The notes under the pieces were generated by a model that worked only from the letters and a program-made list of their open reading frames with translations, was not told the DNA's origin and did no database searches. Below are positions 1-12,477 of a stretch of DNA of 64,000 nucleotides, piece by piece; position 1 is the first letter of the stretch; the number at the start of each line of letters is the position of its first letter. Position numbers and translations under genes: made by a program. Source of the DNA: Octopus sinensis (lineage: Eukaryota); NCBI RefSeq assembly GCF_006345805.1, contig NC_042999.1, positions 148,738,001-148,802,000 of the forward strand. The letters are read 5' to 3'.

Positions 1-142
1 AATATAAAAAGTATTTTTTACTAATAGTAAGCATCATTGCACAAATGGTAAAATTTCTTTATGTTGTCTGCAAGCTGGTATTATGCCACAACCACCGATG
101 ATTCTCTCTAGAAAACAATGAACATCTCATTTCACCTCTTTG

Positions 143-575
143 TATTATCATCTTTAACGTCCATGTTCCATGCTGGCATGGGTTGGATGATTTGACAGAA
201 AACTGTTAAGCTGGGGAGCTGCACCAAGTTCCAATCTGATTTGGCATGATTTCTACAGTTGGATGCCCTTCCTAATGCCAACCACTACAAGGGTGTAGTG
301 GGTGCTTTTTATATGCCACTGGCACAGGTGCCAGTTACCTAACACCAGCATCAATCAAAACTACAATCTCATTTGGCTTGACAGGTTTTCTCAAGCAGAG
401 TATATCACCAAAGGTCTCGATCACTTGTCACTGCCTCCACGAGGCCCAACATTTGAAGGGTCCTTTTTATGTGCCATCCAGCATAGGTGCCAGTTACATG
501 ACATTGGCATCAGTCGTGACTACAATTTCACTTGGTTTGACGGGTCTTCTCAAGCACAGCATATCGCTCAACGTT
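143..575 (-). mobile_element. RTE-associated short repeat ('family C'), sense strand ending ...GGACGTTAAA(C)GATGATGAT
   Basis: Contains GGATGCCCTTCCTAATGCCAACCACT and CATGCTGGCATGGGTTGGATG. These blocks recur at about 2195-2400, 3375-3665, 13840-14270, 18525-18915, 23030-23285, 29910-30190, 33400-33661, 34410-34555, 35588-35845, 43740-43985 and 58625-58800. Confidence 0.8.
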
Positions 576-1158
576 CAATGCCTTATAAAATTTGTTCTAA
601 TAATTGGTGCTATAGGTTCAAATCCAGTTGAGGCCAACTTTACTTTTCATACTTTTTGGGGTAGATAAAAAAGTACCGATCCAAGGCAATAGATTGGCAA
701 CACTGCAAGACATTGGCGAACAATTTAGTCCTCAGACCCATCAGATCTTGTCAAACCATCCAACCCATGCTAGCTGATGATGATGATGTAAGAACATCAG
801 ATTAGATGCCTGTCATCTTGGGTATCTTTAGCAGAGGCCACTATGTTGCAGACATTGGGTCAGGTGTCCAATTTGAAGGTACGTTCTTCCTTGCCCCCCA
901 CAAGTCCTGGATCATGGGCACTAGCTTATTTCCCAACTAAAAAGAAGAAAAAAAAACTTGCAAGTTTGTGATTGTTAAATCATGATTCAAGCACTTCACA
1001 CTGGATGTGAAAAAGAATAGTCTGGCATCCTATTTTGAGGAATAATTTGGCTGATACTCTATCAGCCAAACGGTAGTTAAGACAAGGACTTCATTAAATT
1101 TTATTTTAAGAGAACAATTAAAAGTAAAATACTTAGATTTAATGAACAGTATGATATT

Positions 1159-1373
1159 CTTTTCTACTCTAGGTTCAAGGCCCAAAATTTTGAGGGAGGG
1201 GGCCAGTTGATTAGATCGACCCTAGTATGCAACTGGTACTTAATTTATCAACCCCGAAAGGATGAAAGGCAAAGTTGACCTTGGTGGAATTTGAACTCAG
1301 AATGTAAAGACAGATGAAATGCCGCTAAGCATTTCGCCCGGCGTGCTAACATATCTGCCAGCTCGCCACTTTC
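1159..1373 (-). mobile_element. tRNA-derived SINE ('family B') with 17-bp TSD
   Basis: Minus strand reads GGCGAGCTGGCAGA..GTTAGCACGCCGGGCGAAATGCTTAGC...GAGTTCAAATTCC (B-box-like)...TTGCCTTTCATCCTTTCGGGGTTGATAAATTAAGTACCAG. Flanked by the direct repeat ATGAACAGTATGATATT at 1142-1158 and 1374-1390. Confidence 0.9.
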
Positions 1374-2057
1374 ATGAACAGTATGATATTGCCAACCCTA
1401 CCACCACCACCTTCAAAATCTAAATGAAATGAGACAATGACCTGACATCAGTGCATCTCTAAACCAGCAATGCCAATCCTTTAATGCCAAATCAGACTAG
1501 AACTTGGTGCAGCATGGAAAAGGAACATTAAAGGATGATGATATATACGATGGGCTTCTTTCAGTTTCCATCTACCATATCCACTCACAAGGCTTTGGTT
1601 GGTCTGAGGTTATAGTCGAAGACACTTGCTCGAAATGGTACACAGTGGAACTGAACCCAGAACCAAGTGGTTGGGAAGCCAACTTCTTACCACACAGCCA
1701 AAGAACAGAATGATCATAGCTTGAACTCTCATTACAGGTCTACTCAATCAAGGCTGATCTTTGGCTAAGCTTCAACAACAACAACAACACCAACACCATC
1801 CTATGAGTTGTACTAATTGAATATGTTCTGTTAAAAACAAAGTTTCACTTTCTATTTGGTTTTATTAGCACTGTTACATTATTGAAGTCTCGGTTTTGGA
1901 ACTTAATCACACCACAGCTCTGGTGTGGGGTTAGGGTCAATAAATAAAGTACCAACCAATCCAAACATAAAGCTCCAAATGGAATTAACAGGTGTAATAA
2001 CACCTGTTAATTTCCTACAGAACTTATTTTGATTGATTGTTTAATTTCTCAGCTCCA

Positions 2058-2193
2058 TAACCCTTTAGCATTTAAAATGGCGACATCTAGCCCAAATAAT
2101 CTACTTGTTTTATGTTCAAACTGGCCAGATCCAGCCTCTTACACCTCCCTTACAATGTCGTTTAAAAAATATACAATCCCATCATTGAAATTT
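2058..2193. mobile_element. Left part of a piggyBac-type MITE, truncated by a family C repeat
   Basis: Starts (T)AACCCTTTAGCATTTAAA. Internal CAAACTGGCCAGATCCAGCCTCT is shared with the copy at about 43990-44214, which ends AATGCTAAAGTGTTAA. Confidence 0.6.
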
Positions 2194-3689
2194 TTACATG
2201 CTGGCATGGGCTGGACAGTTCGACCAGAGCTGGCAAGCTGAGGAGCTGCACCAGACTCTAGTTTGATTTGGCATGGTCTCTACAGCTGGATGCCCTTCCT
2301 AACGCCAACCATTTTACAGAGTGAGGTGGATGCTTTTACATGGCACTGCATAATCCCCTTTATGTTGCGCTGCTGCATGGGTGTTTTTATGTGACACCAC
2401 CAGGAGTGGCCATGTGTGAAGAAGTTTGCTTCTCAACCACATGGTTCCAAGTTCAGTCCCACTGCGTTGCACCTTGGGCAAGGCTGCAGTCTAATGACTA
2501 AAACAAGATAAAAGAGGTATGTATGTACGTATATACATATATATATAATGTGTGTGTGTGTTTGAGATAAGTAATACTGTACAATAGCAGTTAAAACATA
2601 GGTAGTAATATTTTTTACTGTTTAATCTTTAGAATCCAAGATTGGTGAGAAAAAAAAAAAGAAAAACATGGAGTGATCATCAGATAAGAGACTTGGCCAG
2701 GATGCTTGCAATAGATTTTACTCTGCAGAAAGATGGGCCAGGTGCAAATGTTAAACTGGGAGACAGATTAAGTCTTCCGCTGAAGAATCGGAGCAGTTCC
2801 TCCAATGAGACCCTACAGAGTTCCTGTTTATTCATAAGGCCTTTGTTGACCTGAGGCTATAGAAACGAAGATATCTTATTAAGCACATGGCCATCATCTT
2901 GCTCATATGAAGATGTGTTACAAGTGAGAGTGAATAAGTTGTATATAGCTTGTTGAATATGCAGTATTAATTTACATGAAATGCAAATGCATGAAAGAAG
3001 TTAAAAATCAAAGTAATTTACATAATATATGCATCAGCAGCAGTTAACTACTCTGGTGGGAAACAAGTAATGTATGGATATTACATGGTGTTTAAAATGA
3101 ATATCACATGAGGTTTAAAATAGATATTAATTATGTGATGTTTAAAATAGATATTATATGTTGTTTAAAAAAAGAAAAGTGCCTTGAAAAGATATCCATA
3201 TCAGTAGCAAGCCAAGAAAGACTTGAGAAAAAGTGATTAGATCAAATGTGAAAATGACTTTCCTCTGAACTGAAATGATACGGAATAACAGATAAAGACA
3301 ACACACATAGCGAGATGGTGCATTGCTGACTCATCAAATCTGTAATAGCTTATAAGGAAAATTAATTTTATGACATCATCATCATCATCATCGTTTAACG
3401 TCCACTTTCCATCCTGGTATGGGTTGGATGGTTTGATTGAGGACTGGCAAGTCAGAAGGCTGCACCAAGCTCCAATCTGATCTGGCAAGGTTTCTACTGC
3501 TGGATGCCCTTCCTAATGCCACCCATTCAGAGAGTGTAGTGGGTGCTTTTTTATGTGCTACTGGCATGAGGGTGAGTCAGGCGGTACTGGCATTGACCAT
3601 GCTCGAATGGTGTTTTTTTTACATGCCACTGGTACAGGAGCCAGTCAGGCAGTACTGGCAATGACCACACGTGAATGGTGATGAAAATT

Positions 3690-3905
3690 ATGGAGTCATG
3701 GTAATGAAAGTTATGGAGAGAATGAAGAAGATATACAAGGGTACTACCAGCAGGATGAAGGAAGAGAGGGAAACTTGAGAAGACATGGCATGCAACCTTC
3801 AACAGTCTGAAGCAGCTTACCATCACCAGGAAAAGATGCAACCAGCTATGCTAAAAACTGGGATGATTGGAAACATCTTGCTGCCCAAGAGGGACTAAGA
3901 TTAAG
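3690..3905 (+). mobile_element. Highly decayed RTE-clade LINE 3' end
   Basis: Fragments translate to RGKLEKTWHATF and NWDDWKHLAAQEGLR, resembling the RGRPxKTW...W C-terminal motifs of RTE ORF2. Confidence 0.4.
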
Positions 3906-3911
3906 AAGACA

Positions 3912-4368
3912 CAAGCTAGCAGAATCATTAGCACACTGGGCAAAATGCTTCACGACATTTCATCTGTCTTTACGTTCTGAGTTCAAATTCTGCTGAGGTC
4001 AACTTTCCCTTTTGTTTTTAGGGTCAAAAAAATAAGTACCATTTGAACTCTGAGGTCAATATAATCAGCTTAGCCTCTCACCTTAAATTGCTGACCTTGT
4101 CCCAAAATTTGAAATCATCATCATCATTATTATTATTATTATTATTATGAAGGTGGTGAGCTGACAGAATTGCTTACACTCCAGACAAAATGCTTAGCAG
4201 CATTTCGTTTGTCTTTACATTCTGAGTTCAAATTCTACTGAGATCAACTTTGCCTTCCATCCTTTCAGGTTTGATGATACAAGTACCAGTTGAGCACTGG
4301 GGTTGATGTAATCAGCGTATCCTCTCACCCGAAATTTCCTGCATTGTACTAAAATTTGAAACCAATAT
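3912..4368 (+). mobile_element. Two tandem family B SINEs separated by (ATC)/(ATT)n
   Basis: Both carry GCAGAAT...AAAATGCTT...TTCTGAGTTCAAATTC...AAGTACCA...AAAATTTGAAA. Confidence 0.85.
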
Positions 4369-4889
4369 TTGAAAAGATATAAACCTAAGCTTAAGAATTT
4401 TTACTGACACAAATTCTATGATAAATCACATGAAAAGGAAGATGGACTCAAATTTATCACTAACTTCTAACCTTTCAATGTCATTTTGACACATTTATAC
4501 ACATACCCATCATATTTCTTATTCAGGATTAATCTCAACTCCATGTCATACAATTAATTATTCAATTAAGAAAACTCCACATCTTCGAAAAATACTGACA
4601 CAGGGGAAAAAAAACCCAAAATGAACAACATAACAAATCCATACAGGTCAGCAACTCAAACATAAAAGTAATATTTCATAATACAATGATGAAGTGTACT
4701 TCATAAATGTTTGACAAATGTAGACAGCCATATTAGCAATGCATGTGATTTTAAATCATACCAATAAGCAATTTCTAAGACATTATTTCAAAGAAGGTTT
4801 ACTCTATATAGAAAATTATATTTAACTGAAAATACATCAAACAGTAATTCTATCTCACTCATTAGCTCACTCCATCTTGCTACTTATTT

Positions 4890-4945
4890 ACTATCTATTT
4901 ATGTCTATCTATCAATCTATCTATGTCTGTCTATCTATCTATCTA

Positions 4946-4980
<35 letters not shown>

Positions 4981-5193
4981 GTCTGTCTGTCTGTCTGTCT
5001 ATCTATCTCTGTCTATCTATCTCTGTCTATCTATCTATCTATCTCTGTCTGTCTATCTATCTATCTCTGTCTGTCTATCTATGTCTGTCTGTTTATCTAT
5101 CTATGTCTGTCTGTTTATCTATCTATGTCTGTCTGTCTATCTATCTATCTATGTCTGCCTATCTATCTATCTCTGTCTGTCTATCTATCTCTG

Positions 5194-5226
<33 letters not shown>

Positions 5227-5275
5227 GTCTATCTACCTATCTATGTCTATCTATCTATGTATCTGCCTATCTATT
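4890..5275. repeat. Compound (TCTA)n/(TCTG)n/(TATG) microsatellite
   Basis: Read directly from the sequence. It explains the three overlapping S/I/Y/L/C-rich ORFs. Confidence 0.97.
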
Positions 5276-6730
5276 ACTATCTTTCATGCATGAATTTTCT
5301 TTGATGTCAAAAACAAAAAAAAAAATTTAACAAAGTAAAATTATTCTCAGTTATTATTATTATTATCATTATCATTATTATTAAATAAACTTCGTAAAAA
5401 TTAAAGAATCAGTCAAGACTAATTGAAGAAAAGTTCATTTCAGTGACATTAAAAAAAAAACTGGATAAGATGAGTATAAAGCATGATATTTAGAGAACCT
5501 AATATGTCTTTTAACAACCAAAGGGAAGAGAAGATAGTAAAATATGTTTGAAATGAAAACAGCAAAGAAAAGATAGCAATAATAATAATAATTTAAAAGA
5601 AATGAAAGAAGATGTGATTATTTCAAGATGGAAGCAAATCTTATTATATTAGCAATTTTCACTTCAACAGTCAGATAAAATTGTTTTCCATTAAGTAATT
5701 GAGTGAACATCAAACATTTTCATTGTATTCATTTGTTTGCTTGCTTGTGGGTACGTGCATATGTAGATAAAGTCCATTTATGTATGTATTGCAGCAAGAT
5801 GCAAACACGCACACGTTTGCATTAGTGTATATGAAAGCGCATGTGAATTTATGCAAGTACACAAGAATATTTCAATTATGAGATAAGCAAAACTGCAGTG
5901 TCTTTGCTTTGTTCTTTGCAATCTGGAAAAAAAAAACCAAAAATACAAAAGAACCATACACACATCTCTCTCTGTTAAGCCATTTTCCATTGGAGGTGAT
6001 GTCTTTGAATAAGGTGCAGTGGAGCCTTCAGCTATAAGACACTCTCTGAGAAGAATTTTTTTAGCTGGAAGTTTCCTAGTAAAATGACAATTCTTTCTTT
6101 ATCTGTAAGATCTCCAAAGAATGAAGCAAGGCATTGGCCCTGAGACCCCATGAAAAGTAATATTTCTTCAATTGTGGTAAACAAAAACTATCATAGAGTA
6201 GGATGAGAATTCAATGTGGATAATTCAATGGTTTACCATATTCAGAAACATAATACAGATGACTGAGGTCTGGTGCATACATCCAGCTTGCCAGCTCCAG
6301 TCAAACCATCTAACCCATGCCAGCATGAAGAATGAACATTAAATTATGATATTAATCAAAGGATCCATGATTTTAAGATTATTGACTAAAAGACCATGTA
6401 TTCAAACCTGACCAAAGGAATCACACATTGGCTGTTTTGATCAAAATATTTTACTGATCAATCAACTTAGCTAGCTCCACTGGTTTGGCTATAGTAAAGT
6501 ATTTCTGCTGTTAAAAAAAATGTTCTAGAAACTTAAAAACTATTATGTGTTCAACAGAGCTGTTTGTGTATACAACAAACCAGATTTGGGTAGCATAATG
6601 ATTTTTTTTTTCTCATAGTTGTTTCAGTCATCTGACTGCGGCCATGTTGGAGCACCACTTTTAGTCAAGCAAATCAACCCCCAGGACTTATTCTGCCAGC
6701 TCACCGTCTTTTAAACTTCCTTATATTATA

Positions 6731-7382
6731 CAGGGTGCAGCAGAAGTAAGGCCCTTTTTGCATTGGATAACTTTTATATTTCTTTTATTCTTTTATTTGT
6801 TTCAGTCATTTGACTGCAGCCATGTTGGAGCACCGCCTTTGGTTGAACAAATCAACCCCCAGGACTTATTCTTTGTAAGCCTAGTACTTATTCTATTGGT
6901 CTCTTTTGCCGAACTGCTAAGTTATGGGGATGAAAACACACCAAGATCGGTTGTCAAGTGATAGTGGGGGGTGACAAACACAGACACAAATAACAAACAC
7001 ACACATTTATATATATATATATATATATATGATGAGCTTCTTTCAGTTTCTGTCTACCAAATCCACTCACAAGGCTTTGGTCACACTGAGGCTATAGTAA
7101 AAGATACTCGCCCAAGGTGCCATGCAGTGGGACTGAACCTGGAACAATTGTGGTTGGGAAGCAAGCTTCTTACCACACAGCCACTCCTGCACCTATAAAT
7201 GTATATAAATGCTTATTACGTAACTTTTCATTGAACACAAATTTGTTGCTTTACTTAAAGAAATGGATAATAAACTAATGAAAAAAATCGCAAAAGTTTT
7301 AGGAAGTAAAAAAAAAAAAAAAAAACTCAATTAGGAACTACAAAACTCAAATACAAAAGGGTGTTACTCCTGCTGCCCCTTG
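6731..7382. mobile_element. Tc1/mariner-type MITE (TA TSD) interrupted by a family A SINE
   Basis: TA|CAGGGTGCAGCAGAAGTAAGGCCCTTTTTGCATT at 6729 and the imperfect inverted copy AATACAAAAGGGTGTTACTCCTGCTGCCCCTTG|TA ending 7382. Confidence 0.75.
6780..7195 (-). mobile_element. Full-length tRNA/CORE-type SINE ('family A') with internal (TA)n
   Basis: Minus strand reads GGAGTGGCTGTGTGGTAAGAAGCTTGCTTCCCAACCAC...GGTTCAGTCCCACTGCATGGCACCTTGGGC (CORE-like)...GGCGGTGCTCCAACATGGCTGCAGTCAAATGACTGAAACAAATAAAAG. Other copies or fragments lie at about 1540-1700, 2400-2515, 11745-12115, 14775-15055, 24930-25075, 30955-31250, 35375-35540, 50910-51265 and 51870-52190. Confidence 0.9.
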
Positions 7383-7824
7383 TATATGCTAGTAGCACTG
7401 AGCAAGGAAGTTTATAACAACTTATATACATAGCAGCAAAGGGAGCCATCTGTGCTGACAAAGTGTTGTTGTGAGAAATGAAAACCACCTGAATATTCTA
7501 ACAAGGAGAGCGACTAACTTAAGGTTCATAAACCTTAAATACACAGACAGCAGGGGACACAAACATTAACATCAAACAGGGAACCAACCACTTGTATATT
7601 GAAGAGCAGCAAGAGGGAAGCGCCAGCGTGTTCTGACAATTAAAGAAGCTGCTGATGTGGTGATGCTGACTGTGTTTATAATTAGGGACAGGTGGTGATG
7701 ATGATGATGCGGAAGTAAATAAAGTGAGACAATTATTCTGCAACATGTTTTTAAAGAGGGGGACTGAATAGCATACTAAGATAAACCTGATGACTATCAT
7801 ATTTTCTCATGGGTACTTTTTTAT

Positions 7825-8170
7825 GAGATATAGATGGGGAGAAGGGGAGAAATGAATGATAAGAAGGGGAGAAACAGAAAGGAAGACAACAGAGAGGGAA
7901 AGATAAAAACAGAGGAAGAGAGAGAGAGAAAAGATAGACAGATGCAGTAAAGCGAGAGGGTCAACTGCAAAGAAACAGAAAGAGAACAGCAGAGGAAGGA
8001 GAAAACAGAAAGAGAGAGGGGAGGGGGCAGAATAAAGAAATCAGCAAAGGGGAAGAGGGAAGAGAGAAACAAAGAGAAGAGCAGAGGGGGGAAGAGAGAG
8101 GGGGAGAGAGAGAATAAAGAAATCAGCAAAGGGGAAGAGGAAGGGAGAAACAAAGAGAAAAGCAGAGTGA

Positions 8171-8211
<41 letters not shown>

Positions 8212-8465
8212 GAAATCAGTAAAGAGGAAGAGAGAAACAAAGAGAAGAGCAAAGGGGGAAGAGAGAGAATGAAGAAATCAGCAAAGGGGAAGAGGAAGAG
8301 AGAAACAAAGTGAAGAGCAGAGGGGGGAAGAGAGGGGGAGGGGGAAGAGAGGGGGGAGAGAGAATGAAGAAATCAGCAAAGGGGAAGAGAAAAGAAGAGG
8401 GAGGAAGAGAGAGTGGGGTGGGAAACTAATGAAAATGGATGAGTGAAAGCTGTGGAGAGTGAGAT
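7825..8465. repeat. Polypurine minisatellite / GA-rich low-complexity tract
   Basis: About five imperfect 60-95 bp units containing AAGAAATCAG(C/T)AAAG(G)GGAAGAG...AAACAAAGAGAAGAGCA, interspersed with (GA)n. Confidence 0.9.
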
Positions 8466-9636
8466 ACATTTGACAGCCTAATTTAAGGATATATTTCCTT
8501 CAACATTGACAGCTGATTAAAAGTTGATAGAAAGGAAGCCGAAAAATGTCATTGAGAATCATGTGGCTAATACATTTCCAATCAACAATTTTTGGAACCA
8601 ATAGATTTACTTGTTAATCAACTTGTTTAGCTTCATATCACAACTGGTGGGCATTAACATTGTTGGTTGCAGGTTTCCAGCAGGTTAATTACTACTTCAA
8701 TGCATTTTTGATGGCAACAGTAACTAGGGAGTGTTAGTAACTCGGTATAGAACAAATATCACAAGAAACTTTTCTTCAAAAAGCATCATTTTTTTTTTTT
8801 CTTTTTTGGCAAATGTTCAAAACTTTTGCTGATATATATCAGCAAAGCATATGAGCACACACATACACACACACACTTCAGTTTTGACAATGAGTATTTA
8901 GCTGTTTAATCAGCTGAACTTTCTGCTCAGTGACTTAGCCTGTAAGTGGCTGAGTATTCCACAGACATACATACACTTGGCATAATTTTCCAATAGGACA
9001 CTGTATGTGACAAAGCTTGACCTAACTTTATGTATACTCTACCTGACAGGCTTCTGTTGTTTCCATCTACTCAATTTCACATACAAGGCTTCGAGATACC
9101 ACAAAATGAAATTGAAACCAGGAACTTGTGATTGTAAAGTGAGTTTCTTAACCATTCAACCAAGCCATGCCCCCCACACACACACACACGTGTGACAAGC
9201 TTCTACACCAAAATTTATCAACCAAATTTTACTTACAAGATGTTTATCAACCTGGAGCTATGGTGAGAGACGTTTACCCAAGGTTCTACACAATCATACC
9301 CGTGCACCTATTTCTCTCTCTCTTATTTTTTAATTAACAACATTATTAGTGAGAGGAATCAGATGATGAAGGACAGTATTGAGTTAACAGGTCTGTCATG
9401 CCCCCTAGCACTCATAAGTCTGGGGCTTGACCCAGTTTCCACGGTATATAAGTGAACGAGATCACAATACTCCCCTCTGAATGAATACTGGTCTGTTGCA
9501 AGTGATTTAACAGAGACAATAAAATGCCAAACTAAATGTTTCATGTTAAATACCTTTTATTTATGACAGCAAAATACTTCTCTTCACTTTTTACTGAGAT
9601 TACTCTGGCTGATAGAAACATCTATTTGTTCTCAAA

Positions 9637-9875
9637 ATTCATCCATTCATTTTCATAGTCCACTATTCCTGTAGGGGTCAAAGGGGCAGGGTCCTTAGAC
9701 AACACACCAGAGAGTCTTGTCAGAAGCAACTGTCAGCAAATATTCCAGTTGGATCCTTAACGAAGACCAACTGAAGATTTGGATATTACTGTGGTCGGCT
9801 TCTGACTCTCCTGACAATTGGGCCTTGTCCATAAAATCTGCCCTAAGATTCTTTCCTCGGATGTTCTAACCACAT
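9637..9875 (-). mobile_element. Rex3/Expander-like RTE LINE 3' fragment
   Basis: Minus strand translates HVVRTSEERILGQIL...FSWSSLRIQLEYLLTVASDKTLW and ends in an ATGAATGGATGAA tail. Homologous to 48273-48510. Confidence 0.75.
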
Positions 9876-9894
9876 GTGGTTAGAACATCTGAGA

Positions 9895-10280
9895 TATCAT
9901 TACGGCACTCTGTTGGTTATGACAACAAGAGTTCCAGTTGATCCAATCAATGTAACAGCCTGCTCATGAAATTAACATGCAAGTGGCTGAGCACTCCACA
10001 GACACGTGTACCCTTAACGTAGTTCTCGGGGAGATTCAGCGTGACACAGTGTGTGACAAGGCTGGCCCTTTGAAATACAGGTACAAGAGAAACAGGAAGA
10101 AAGAGACGAAGTTGTGCTGAAAGAGTACAGCAGGGTTCCCCCCCCCCACCCTTGTCAGAGCCTCGTGGAGATTTAGGTGTTTTTGCTCAATAAAGACTCA
10201 CAACGCCTGGTCTGGGAATCGAAACTGCAATCCTATGACTGTAAGTCTGGTGCCCTAACCACTGGGCCATTGCACCTCCA
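9895..10280 (-). mobile_element. SINE with tRNA-like head (as in family D) but a different 3' tail
   Basis: Minus strand starts GGAGGTGCAATGGCCCAGTGGTTAGGGCACCAGAC...GTTTCGATTCCCAGACC (A/B boxes). A fragment of the tail (AAGTGGCTGAG.A.TCCACAGACA) also occurs at about 8935-9030. Confidence 0.8.
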
Positions 10281-11103
10281 CTGTAGTATCTAAACTAGGA
10301 ACCTTTCTAAACTGAATCCCAGAAACCCAGGTCTGTGTGTAGACACAGGCTGTATGTCGTTGGCCAGCTGGAGGAGATGTCTTCCTGGAGCTAAAAACAA
10401 CAATAACACCATCCTCTATAGGACCGCCATATTTAGCTGGCAAATATATTTTACTGTAGTAATGTCCTTATCCACTAAAGATATACACAAAATGGTTGTT
10501 GAATCCACATGGAATCTCTAAATGCTAGAAATAACAACAAAATCACGAGAGAATTTGCTATGCTTGGAAAGATGGTTAGGTCTTCTCTCCAGCATCAAAT
10601 TGTCATTTCTTTTGTGGCTACATCTTGAGATCAGTCTTCACCAATTTATCCCAATTTTTTTCTTGCTCTTCCTCTTCCATGGGTTCCAAGTATTTCAAAT
10701 GCTCAGCACTTCTTTATACATTAAAATGTCAGGTAGTGATGGGAGGTCGGGATACACAATTATATATCTACATCTGTGTCTTTCACCCACTTTGTACCTT
10801 CTGGTCCCTTTCACCTGCCCCTCTTGCCTATTCAATACCTACTCACTGCTCCATGCTATCTGTATAATGAGGGGGAAAACAGATCTCTGATCAAAGACAT
10901 TCCAGTTATGAGTACCCCATATTTTTGTCAGAATAGCATAACCTACACTACATCATGCAATGTGTCTTTTTTATTATTATTATTATTTTGTCTTTTAGCA
11001 GCAAATGGATGTGGTTTGAGGGAGATTTGATTTCTATTTCTAACAGATCAAGTAACCACAAATGAGCTTCAAGTGGCTTGTGTGCACACATGCACATGTG
11101 TGC

Positions 11104-11137
<34 letters not shown>

Positions 11138-12477
11138 TTGTTTGATTTAAGTGTCTGTGTGTATTTTGATTTTGTAGTTGAAAATAAATGACAAAACCCC
11201 AGGTCCTTGCTGGCTGACCGATATTAGAAGCGATAAGGACAGGTAAATAAGTGTAGATACAGTGTAAAACTAGAGAAACTAAAAATAGCAAAGGTACCCA
11301 CCTCCCTAAAATAATCAACTGCCAAGAATGTCTGAAAGCAGAACAAATAGACAAGTCCTGTAAGAAATAATTTAAAGCTTAAGAGAAAGGGGGCAGAATT
11401 CCTTAGCACCTCACACCCACACCAATGACTAACTAACAAGTCCTTAACCTTAGATAAAGGATAAATGTTTATCTAACCCATACAGCTTGAACAATAAATA
11501 CAATAAATATATTTGTCTACCTACAGCCTTATTGATGTCAAAAGGTTAATACGTGTGCAGGGGAGATTGTTGTCATTATGCTTTTCCAAAGCCTATTGTT
11601 AGTTGTTGTTTAGGCCTGAGTCAGCCCTGATCAAGCAGTCCTAAATCAAAGAGGTTCCAGTTATGACCATTCTGTGCATCATGGTATGAATGATAGAGCT
11701 GAGCAAAGTACCCCAGGGGTGTGTTCTCTGTGTGGTTAATACACACAGGAGCAGGCATGGCTGTGTGGTTAAGAAGCTCACTTTATAACCATATAGTTCC
11801 AGGTTCAGTCCCACTGTGTGGTACTTGAGGCAAGTGTCCCTACTATAGCCCCAAGTCAACCAAAGCCTTGTGAATGAATATGGTAGAAGGAAACTGTGTT
11901 GAAGCCTGTCATATATATATATGTCAGTGTTTGTATTTGTTGTGCACCACCATTTGACAAGTGGTGTTGGCTTGTTTACCCTAGAGGTTTGGCAAAAGAG
12001 ACAAACAGAATAACAGATTTAAAATAAGTACCAGGGTCAATTTGTCCAACTAAACCCTTTAAGACAGAGCCCCAGTATGGCTGCAGTCCAATGACTGAAG
12101 CAAGTGAAAGATAAAGGAAGCTACAGTAGGGTCTTACATGTGTAATACAAATAATTCAAAATAACTTTAAGAGAGACGAACACAATGCACAAAAATTCTT
12201 TCTAGAAGTGTTTAAAAACGAGGGAGGTTACTAATATCAGCTGAAGAAACTTTTTCAAAACTAAAGACAATGTAAATGAGTGGATTCTGTCTTTAATGCC
12301 AACTGATGATAGCACTGAACATGTTTCAATCATATTTGACCTCCTCAGTAAAAGTTTTACTACTATCTGTACTACTATTTAACTCTCTCACACATACACA
12401 CAGAATGCTGCTCTTCGTTGGTTAAGCAATATAGAAAGAAGTTGCCAAGCTGGTTCAAGCATGCATGTCTTACACAC

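Noticed and set aside
2632-2854. ORF VRKKKRKTWSDHQIRDLARML after a plus-strand acceptor-like site, vaguely homeodomain-like
   Set aside because: No helix-3 WFxNRR. The lysines come from an A-run, RKTWS also fits RTE debris, and the ORF ends in SINE sequence.
4877-5330. Three overlapping ORFs of 119-138 aa
   Set aside because: Translations of a stop-free TCTA/TCTG microsatellite.
7821-8469. Hydrophobic L/S/F-rich ORFs resembling membrane proteins
   Set aside because: Antisense reading of the polypurine repeat.
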